A stretch of DNA of 64,000 nucleotides from positions 5,831 to 69,830 of the forward strand of contig JACQZF010000001.1 in assembly GCA_016213945.1 (NCBI GenBank), read 5' to 3'. Below are positions 57,143 through 64,000 of this stretch, piece after piece. The first letter of the stretch is position 1, and every line of letters begins with the position of its first letter. Both the position numbers and the translations under genes were made by a program. Under the pieces are notes generated by a model. The model was not told where the DNA came from. It made no database searches and was given only the letters and a program-made list of their open reading frames with translations. This stretch comes from Nitrospirota bacterium. GTDB lineage: Bacteria; Nitrospirota; Thermodesulfovibrionia; UBA6902.

Positions 57143-58033
57143 TCAACCATGAGGAATGCCGTGCCCGGCAGTATTCTTCACCTGAACATTCACGATTACC
57201 GCGGGAACAATCTTGTTGTCCAGATGATAAAGATACTCTGTTGCGGAAGCATTGAGGGTAAGGTCTATTCCGGTTTTAGCAAAATCAACTTCCATGATTC
57301 CCGGGAACTTATGCGACATGCCATAATCTTTTGCGTCCATATGGCAGTCCTGACAGGTTTTATTTCCGCCATGAGTCAGGTAGTGTTCGTTGTAAGCAAA
57401 CCAAAGTGTCGGACAGCGTTCAGCCGTCATGCCCGGTGAACAGCCGTGATGACATTCCGAACAAAACTTGGCTTGTTTAAGATAATCTGATTTTGCTGTC
57501 TCAAACCCAAGCTGTTCTTTGTGTGGTCCGGCGTCAACATTTCCTTTTGGGCCATATATGGTTTTGGCCTGAGGATTACCGTCCGGGGTGGCTTTTAAAT
57601 TGTGACAAATAATACAGTTAACATTCAGCTTTGACAATTCATTCACCGCGGCTTCTTTCTTTGACGCGTCAGGGTCGTCTGCAGCTACTAATATCAATTC
57701 TGCAATCTTGACTGAAACTTCAGGCGCAGCGTCCTTGATCTGCGGGGCGTGACAGCCTAAGCATGTGTCCTTCAGCGCCGCCCTCGGCATCCCGTCCTTG
57801 TCAAGGCCATTCAGGATAAAAGTCCTCCATGTCCTGATGACGCGTGAATCTGTGAGAGACTTGCTGTGCCATGAATCTTTCCAGTCTTTGTGGATATCCT
57901 CATGACAATCAGCACATGCGTCAACATTGTACATTGCCGCAAGCTCATCAATTGTCTTTGCCTGTTCTGCAGATACAGACAGCGGAACAGCAACCAACGC
58001 GATGAGAAATACTAATGTGACTACTAATCTCAT
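57143..58033 (-). CDS. Pentaheme c-type cytochrome (periplasmic)
   Basis: Signal peptide. Five CxxCH motifs (CADCH, CLGCH, CIICH, CSECH, CQDCH). RBS AGGAGGGTG. Confidence 0.8.
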   Translation of the reverse strand: MRLVVTLVFLIALVAVPLSVSAEQAKTIDELAAMYNVDACADCHEDIHKDWKDSWHSKSLTDSRVIRTWRTFILNGLDKDGMPRAALKDTCLGCHAPQIKDAAPEVSVKIAELILVAADDPDASKKEAAVNELSKLNVNCIICHNLKATPDGNPQAKTIYGPKGNVDAGPHKEQLGFETAKSDYLKQAKFCSECHHGCSPGMTAERCPTLWFAYNEHYLTHGGNKTCQDCHMDAKDYGMSHKFPGIMEVDFAKTGIDLTLNASATEYLYHLDNKIVPAVIVNVQVKNTAGHGIPHG

Positions 58034-58294
58034 ACACCCTCCTTTTTAATGAATTTTAGTTTGTAGATTTACACCGTTTAGATAATTTAAACGGCTGAAT
58101 TTACAATGGGGTCAAAAACTCAGACATTATAATAATACCTTGAAAATTCTTCAAGGCAATATTAATAATAGCAAAATTAGAAAACTTTATTTATTGCAGT
58201 AAGGATACAATTTTTTGCAGATTTATATTAATAAGATGTGCAATTCTGCCGATTGACTTTTGCAAATCATTAAGGGTAGAATTATCTACCACCT

Positions 58295-59209
58295 ATGGAT
58301 GATCACAAGTTAAAAGTATTCTGTATAGTTGCGGAAACTAAAAGCTTTTCAAGGGCGTCTGAAATCATTCGCCTTACCCAGCCTGCCGTCAGTCTTCAAA
58401 TACAAGCTCTCGAAGAAATGTACGGCACAAAATTATTCAACCGCTCCGGTTGTGTTATAACTCTCACGCCTGCGGGTGAAATGCTCTACAAATACGCAAA
58501 AGAGATAAACGCTCTCTATGAAGCCGCTGAAAAAGAGATAGGCGGGATCACCGGTCTTGTAAAAGGAGTGATAACCGTCGGCGCCAGCTCTACCATAGGC
58601 AATTACGTTTTGCCGACCGTAGTATCTGATTTCAAGAGAAGGTTTCCGAAGGTGGGGGTCCATATTCATGTAGGAAACACTAAAGCCGTTGTCGATTATT
58701 TGAATGCAGGCAGCGTTGATATCGGACTTGTTGAGGGAGAGGTCAACAAACAGAAACTGATTTTGGAAAAACTCATCCCCGACGAAATGGTTTTGATAAT
58801 GTCGCCTTATCATCACCTTGCAAAAAAATCCACCGTCTCCATCATGGAACTCGCAAAAGAGCCTTTGATATTCAGAGAGGAAGGGTCTGGGACAAGAGAG
58901 GCCATAGAGAAGTATCTTTCAAAGCACGGGATAACTCAGCAGAACCTGAAGATCTCTATAATAATGGGAAGCACCGAATCAATAAAAAGCGCCGTTGAAG
59001 AGGGCTTAGGCATTTCAATACTTTCAAAGTGGGCAGCCAGAAAAGAGTGCAAGTACGGAAGTTTGAAAACAGCGGTCTTTAAAGAAGAGAAATTCGTAAG
59101 AGATTTTTCGCTCGTATACAGGAAGTCCAAGGAGCCTTCACACACAGTTGAGCAATTTATGGGGTTCTTAAGGAGATATCCTTACAACAAGCTTTTAAGC
59201 GTCCAATAA
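58295..59209 (+). CDS. LysR-family transcriptional regulator
   Basis: N-terminal HTH LKVFCIVAETKSFSRASEIIRLTQPAVSLQIQALEE. About 300 aa with a LysR substrate-binding domain. Confidence 0.85.
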   Translation: MDDHKLKVFCIVAETKSFSRASEIIRLTQPAVSLQIQALEEMYGTKLFNRSGCVITLTPAGEMLYKYAKEINALYEAAEKEIGGITGLVKGVITVGASSTIGNYVLPTVVSDFKRRFPKVGVHIHVGNTKAVVDYLNAGSVDIGLVEGEVNKQKLILEKLIPDEMVLIMSPYHHLAKKSTVSIMELAKEPLIFREEGSGTREAIEKYLSKHGITQQNLKISIIMGSTESIKSAVEEGLGISILSKWAARKECKYGSLKTAVFKEEKFVRDFSLVYRKSKEPSHTVEQFMGFLRRYPYNKLLSVQ

Positions 59210-59247
59210 TACTGCCCCTTCAGCAGCAATTCAAAATCACGACATTA

Positions 59248-59949
59248 TCATCCGCTAATTTTTAGTGTATTTATAAATTCCATCGAGTTCAATTCAGCAA
59301 ATAGCTGCCTTACCGCTTCCCTGTTTCTTGTAGAGACTGTGAAGTTATATATAATTTCGCCCTTTGATTTATGCTTCTCGTAATCAATGGAGTGGATGTG
59401 AAATCCGCGGCCTGAGAGCATAGATGTAATTTCCTCCTCCTTGTTTGCCGTAATGAGCATGGAAACCGTAATCACTTTGTAACGTAAAAATTTTATCTTC
59501 CTTTCAACAGCCCTGAGCGCAATTAATGCGATGATGGTAATTATGGAAGTCGCAATCCCCTCGAAATAGAGCCCGCCCCCGATTGCAAGTCCGATAGCGG
59601 AGACGATCCATATAGACGCCGCGGTTGTCAGTCCTCTGATTGCAAAACCGCTTTTTACAATCACACCTGCGCCTAAAAAGCCGATACCGATTAACGCGCC
59701 AGCTGAAATCCTCGCGGGATCAATTCTGAGCGTTGGGTCGAGACTCTGAATGTGAAAATAGTAGTTTTCGGAGACCACCATTATGAGCACCGAAGCTAAG
59801 CAGACAATCAACTGCGTCCTGAAGCCCGCCGCCCTGCCGTGCACCTCTCTTTCAAAACCTATAACGCCGCCAATAACAGCGCCGAGAATAAGCCGGACAA
59901 TTACTTCATAAGCAGATATCATATCTGACATTATAATTGAGCATTTCAT
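59248..59949 (-). CDS. MgtC/SapB family membrane protein
   Basis: LILGAVIGGVIGFEREVHGRAAGFRTQLIVCLASVL is the MgtC N-terminal signature. C-terminal soluble ACT-like domain. Confidence 0.8.
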   Translation of the reverse strand: MKCSIIMSDMISAYEVIVRLILGAVIGGVIGFEREVHGRAAGFRTQLIVCLASVLIMVVSENYYFHIQSLDPTLRIDPARISAGALIGIGFLGAGVIVKSGFAIRGLTTAASIWIVSAIGLAIGGGLYFEGIATSIITIIALIALRAVERKIKFLRYKVITVSMLITANKEEEITSMLSGRGFHIHSIDYEKHKSKGEIIYNFTVSTRNREAVRQLFAELNSMEFINTLKISG

Positions 59950-60042
59950 CCGCTGTCAAAAATTGTCTGATTTTATGTATAATGACTTTTCCGTCACGAT
60001 CATGATTTTGCGGATTTCTTTATTCCAAAAGGAGATGAAAAA

Positions 60043-61428
60043 TTGAGGACCGAAAAAGACACCATGGGTGAACTCAGTCTTCCTGATGATGTTTATTACG
60101 GCGCGCAGACGAAAAGGGCACTCGATAATTTCCCGATAAGCGGGCTGAAACTGCCGAGGCGGTTTATCAGGGCGCAGGGAATAGTTAAACTTGCTTCAGC
60201 GAGGGCAAACGGCGCCCTGGGTCTTCTCGACAGGAAAATTTTATCAGCTATGGAAAAAGCGGCCCGGGAAGTAATCGAGGGAATTCATGACAGGCATTTT
60301 GTTGTTGACGTGTACCAGGCAGGCGCCGGGACTTCCCAGAATATGAACGCCAATGAAGTAATCGCGAACAGGGCGATCGAGATATTAAAAGGCAGGAAAG
60401 GTGATTATAAACTCATTCATCCAAATGATCATGTAAACATGGCCCAATCAACCAATGACACGATTCCTGCTTCAATATATATTTCATCCTTTGAAGCTGT
60501 TCGGGAAGGATTACTCCCTGCACTGAAAAAACTGAAGGAAGCGTTGTCTAAGAAATCCCGGGAGTTCGACAAAATCGTGAAGGCAGGCAGGACCCATTTG
60601 CAGGATGCGGTCCCGATAAGGCTCGGCCAGGAATTCGGCGGTTATGCAGAGGCGGTCAATAAAGACATTCGCAGGGTATCGAATGCAATGGGGGCTCTTT
60701 TGTATTTGCCCATCGGGGGCAATGCTGTCGGCACTGGAATAAATGCCGCTCCGAAATTTAAAAGTTTTGTTATACGGGAGATAGGAAAGATCACAGGCAT
60801 TAAATTCAAAAGTTGTGAAAACCCGTTTGAAGGCATACAGAATGTAAGTCCTGCTCTTGAGCTCAGCGCATCGCTGAGGGGGACAGCAATAACACTTACA
60901 AAGATAGCCAACGATATAAGATTATTAAGCTCAGGACCCCGCACTGGTTTCGCAGAAATTCAGCTCCCGCCGGTTCAGCCGGGATCATCAATAATGCCAG
61001 GCAAGATAAACCCCGTAATGGCGGAAATGCTCAACATGATTTGCTTTCAGGTGATAGGGAATGATACCACTATCGCTTATGCAACACAGGCATCACAGCT
61101 TGAACTCAATGTCATGATGCCGGTAATAGCTTATAATCTTCTTTTTGCAATTGACATCCTGACAAATGGGATTAACGCATTTACGGAAAAATGTTTGAGA
61201 GGCATCAAGGCAGATGCTGAAAAATGCAGGGTACTTGCAGACACTACCCTCGCAATGGCAACAGCACTGAATCCGGTTATCGGTTATGCCGCTGCCGCTG
61301 AAGTCTCAAAGGAAGCCTATCGAACAGGAAAGTCCGTCAAGCAAATTGCAGTCGAGAAAAAAATATTAAAAGAGAAGGAGGCAAACCGCCTGCTTGATCC
61401 TTTAAAACTTACAGGTAACCCCAGTTAG
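60043..61428 (+). CDS. aspA: Aspartate ammonia-lyase (fumarase/aspartase class II family)
   Basis: Signature GSSIMPGKINPVMAEM; RLLSSGPR; N-terminal DTMGELSLPDDVYYGAQTKRALDNF. By hand alignment it matches aspartase better than FumC. Confidence 0.75.
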   Translation: MRTEKDTMGELSLPDDVYYGAQTKRALDNFPISGLKLPRRFIRAQGIVKLASARANGALGLLDRKILSAMEKAAREVIEGIHDRHFVVDVYQAGAGTSQNMNANEVIANRAIEILKGRKGDYKLIHPNDHVNMAQSTNDTIPASIYISSFEAVREGLLPALKKLKEALSKKSREFDKIVKAGRTHLQDAVPIRLGQEFGGYAEAVNKDIRRVSNAMGALLYLPIGGNAVGTGINAAPKFKSFVIREIGKITGIKFKSCENPFEGIQNVSPALELSASLRGTAITLTKIANDIRLLSSGPRTGFAEIQLPPVQPGSSIMPGKINPVMAEMLNMICFQVIGNDTTIAYATQASQLELNVMMPVIAYNLLFAIDILTNGINAFTEKCLRGIKADAEKCRVLADTTLAMATALNPVIGYAAAAEVSKEAYRTGKSVKQIAVEKKILKEKEANRLLDPLKLTGNPS

Positions 61429-61584
61429 AATACTTTCATCTTCATAAAGGGGTAAATATATTTCCCTACGTCCCTCGATTGATTTTGTGTTTTACAGCAT
61501 GTTATTTTGTATCATATTTTTTTCACAATCTCAGCATCGAATCCCTAATTAGAGTCTGTTTATAAATTGCTGTTTTTTATTTTT

Positions 61585-61664
61585 GTCATGCCCGAAGTCC
61601 TTAATCGGGCATCCAGAACCTCTTAAGAAGACTGGATTCCCGCTCAACAGACTGCGGGAATGAC
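61585..61664. repeat. MITE/REP-like double-hairpin repeat, family R1, copy 4 (divergent)
   Basis: GTCATGCCCGAAGTCCTTAATCGGGCATCC ... GGATTCCCGCTCAACAGACTGCGGGAATGAC. Confidence 0.65.
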
Positions 61665-61996
61665 GGTTAATGTTCGAGTTTATGAACAGACTCTAATTAG
61701 TGTAAGACATAAGCGATAAGCGTAAAGCAAGTTTACACTCGGCAACTATTTAAATTTAATTATTTTTCTACTCATTTTAAAAAATACTAACAATTTCATG
61801 TCGGAATATATTACACTATAACTATAGCCAGATATTCAAAAAACAATTAATTCAACAAGTTACAAAGTGGTTAGCTTATTGCTTAATGAAATTGGGGTAT
61901 TAGATGAATTAGCAACTTTTCGGCGAAATTCTCTGTTGCTAATTCACAGGTTAATCAGATACCACCTAAATAGACAGGAGATGGAGCATAACAACA

Positions 61997-64000
61997 ATGC
62001 CTGACTATATAAAAAGAGATAATATGACTTTTTCAGAACTATTATCGTCAAAAGACTGGTCTGAGTATTTCTCCAACCTTTCAAAGACACTAAATTTTGA
62101 ATTTCATTTTTATGACGAAGATGGCATCAAATTATTCTCTATAGGGGAAAACAAATTTTGCAAATTCATTGAATCAGCTAAAGTGGAGCGTCTAACTTGT
62201 TCTGATTCGTGTATTAAATTAATGCTCGAATCTCTGAAAGCAATAACGCCGTCGATTTATAAGTGCCCCGCTGGAATAATGAATTTTTCTTTCCCGGTGG
62301 AGCGGTTTGATGAAAAAATATATATAAGAGGGATAGGAGGGTTTGCCTCGTATGATGCCTTTCTGGACTTTTTAAAATTCGCAAAAGAAACTGTTCTGCC
62401 GCCTTTACTCTCAACAATGCCATTAAATTTTATGGAAGAAGAATCGGTAAGCGCTATAGCAAACTATGTTTATCTGACAGTAAACAAATTATTGAGCACC
62501 TTTGACGAAAAATACCGCGTCGAGGAAAAGCTCCTCCGCATGACATCGCTTTTTGACAGTCATACGTTTGCGACATTATCCAAGAATCCGGACCTGCTAC
62601 ACAGATACATTTTAGACACCATCGAATTTGTCCTTGGTAAAACTTCAGCAACCATAATGGTGCTTGATCATTCGGAGTTTGTTTATAAAAGCATCTACAG
62701 TACCGGGGTATATAAAGATGATCTTGCGGGTTTTCAGCTTGACGCAAAAAGCCCTCTTGTGCATAACATGTTTAATACCCGAACATTCGTTTTTTCAGGC
62801 GGCACAGAGAAACATACAGCGGGAGAACCGCTTAAAAAGACGTCGTCATTCCTTTTCTTCCCAATTTTTATCGGAGACACTATTGAAAAAATTATCGGCA
62901 TTTTTGACAGGAGTCTTTCCCGTGAAGATTTGAAGATAATGAATGCCTTCAGGGATTACCTGCAGTTGAATCTAGAAAATCATAATTTGCGTTTTTCAAT
63001 CACTAAAATGAAAAAGGCTGACGAAAAGCTCGCATATATCGCGGATTTTTCGAATTCCATAGCGGCAGTTTTAGGCAGAGAGAGACTCTTCAACACCCTG
63101 CTTGAGAAAACTCTGCAATACCTCCACGCGGAGCAAGGCTCAGTCATGCTTCTGGACCACGATACGTCCGAACTGGTGGTAGAAGCCAGAAAGGGCACGG
63201 ATGATGCCGTGCAGGAGAAGATGCGTCTCAAAAAGGAAGAAACTATAGCGGGAAGGGTCATTGAGAGCGGCGAACCTCTCCTTGTCGAAGACATAGAGAA
63301 AGACCCCAGGGTCAAGCGGGAAAACAGGTCACACTACAAGACCAAGTCCTTTATCAGCATAATGATAAAAATCGAAGACAGGGTGACAGGCGTTATCAAT
63401 GTAGCGGACAAAATCCGCGGCGACGCCTTTACTGATGAAGACCTGAAATTACTGCAATCTTTTGTAAGCAACGCCGCGATCGCCATTGAGCGGAGCCTCC
63501 TGTATAAACAGACGGAAGAGCTTAAGCAACTGTCCATAACAGACCCCCTCACCGGCATCTATAACCGCCGGTATCTCAACACGAGGCTTTCAGAGGAAAT
63601 CACGCGTTACAACAGGTACAAGCATCCTTTCAGTTTTATGATGCTCGATATGGATAAATTCAAGGAATATAACGACACCTTCGGCCATATACTGGGTGAC
63701 AAGTTAATAAAGGCCCTTGCGACCATAATGGAGAAATCCCTGCGAAACGTTGATATAGCAGCGCGGTTCGGCGGCGATGAATTTGTCGCAATATTCCCTC
63801 AGACCACAAAGGTCGATGCCATACATATTACAAACCGGTTAAAGGAAAAGATTGACAAGGCCCTGCACCAGGAGACCCTGGAAATACCGGTGACCGTAAG
63901 CATGGGGCTTACCACATATCCTGATGATGCGTCATCTATCGGGGAGCTACTGGAGAAAACAGACCAGGCTCTTTATCTTGCTAAAAGGGGAGGAGGGAAC
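61997..64000 (+). CDS. GAF-domain diguanylate cyclase (GGDEF), 3' end beyond window; absent from ORF track
   Basis: Continuous frame of 668 codons to the window edge. GGDEF active site RFGGDEFVAIF. Preceding ITDPLTGIYNRRYL. GAF-like region (...VINVADKIRGDAFTDEDL...). Confidence 0.8.
   Translation, partial: MPDYIKRDNMTFSELLSSKDWSEYFSNLSKTLNFEFHFYDEDGIKLFSIGENKFCKFIESAKVERLTCSDSCIKLMLESLKAITPSIYKCPAGIMNFSFPVERFDEKIYIRGIGGFASYDAFLDFLKFAKETVLPPLLSTMPLNFMEEESVSAIANYVYLTVNKLLSTFDEKYRVEEKLLRMTSLFDSHTFATLSKNPDLLHRYILDTIEFVLGKTSATIMVLDHSEFVYKSIYSTGVYKDDLAGFQLDAKSPLVHNMFNTRTFVFSGGTEKHTAGEPLKKTSSFLFFPIFIGDTIEKIIGIFDRSLSREDLKIMNAFRDYLQLNLENHNLRFSITKMKKADEKLAYIADFSNSIAAVLGRERLFNTLLEKTLQYLHAEQGSVMLLDHDTSELVVEARKGTDDAVQEKMRLKKEETIAGRVIESGEPLLVEDIEKDPRVKRENRSHYKTKSFISIMIKIEDRVTGVINVADKIRGDAFTDEDLKLLQSFVSNAAIAIERSLLYKQTEELKQLSITDPLTGIYNRRYLNTRLSEEITRYNRYKHPFSFMMLDMDKFKEYNDTFGHILGDKLIKALATIMEKSLRNVDIAARFGGDEFVAIFPQTTKVDAIHITNRLKEKIDKALHQETLEIPVTVSMGLTTYPDDASSIGELLEKTDQALYLAKRGGGN

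Noticed and set aside
62214-63558. Four minus-strand ORFs (62214..62423, 62454..62747, 62980..63315, 63334..63558) and 62664..62933(+)
   Set aside because: All lie antisense or out of frame within the long GAF-GGDEF reading frame, which carries clear domain motifs.
1-64000. CRISPR array, rRNA genes, integrase or transposase genes
   Set aside because: No regularly spaced direct repeats with unique spacers, no rRNA-like conserved stretches, and no recombinase or transposase-like ORF were seen. The repeats found are short palindromic MITE/REP-like units and heptamer tandems, not CRISPR.

Overview
The window is a 64 kb bacterial chromosomal segment, roughly 45-50% GC, densely coding, with frequent start/stop overlaps. 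No rRNA gene or CRISPR array was found. One tRNA-Leu(CAG) lies on the minus strand at 56117..56203.

Gene content, in order:
- 0-11.3 kb: sulfur-handling genes (DsrH-like, SQR-type flavoprotein, TauE/SafE exporter, DsrE-like, ArsR regulator, periplasmic rhodanese, YeeE/YedE-like membrane protein) packed into one apparent operon with an MMPL/RND exporter, a LolA-like periplasmic partner and a probable outer-membrane beta-barrel.
- 13.2-16.4 kb: argJ, argC, rpsI, rplM.
- 17.0-22.3 kb: a type II FAS/PKS-like cluster (FabG, KS-like protein lacking all catalytic residues, ACP, FabZ-like dehydratase, two active ketosynthases).
- 22.5-28.3 kb: two sensor histidine kinases, an HD-GYP response regulator and a CheY-like response regulator.
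- 28.4-43.4 kb: housekeeping genes (dapB, yacG, dapF, lysA, tilS, gltX, alpha-glucan phosphorylase, purC, proA, catalase, nadD, rsfS, a LapB-like TPR protein).
- about 44.0-55 kb: an AT-richer accessory island containing a degraded WYL/BrxR-like regulator remnant, a RelE/ParE toxin pair, a lone minimal nucleotidyltransferase, a MazF toxin pair, an operonic SNF2-family helicase (1029 aa) plus a 1040-aa GHKL/sacsin-type ATPase with a C-terminal Cys-rich HNH-like motif, a convergent NERD-domain SF1 helicase, and an SprT-like metalloprotease.
- 55-64 kb: dienelactone hydrolase, tRNA-Leu, a pentaheme cytochrome c, LysR regulator, MgtC, aspartase, and a GAF-GGDEF diguanylate cyclase that runs off the window end and is absent from the ORF track.

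The SNF2 + GHKL gene pair is my best candidate for an undescribed defense system.

Non-coding structure not explained by the genes: a two-hairpin MITE-like repeat (4 copies), an ~85 bp G/C palindromic repeat (2 intact copies plus a degenerate copy inserted in-frame in dapF), heptamer tandem repeats inside dapF and tilS, a GTGACGR/CGTAATGAG motif family, and two in-frame TGA codons of possible recoding interest.
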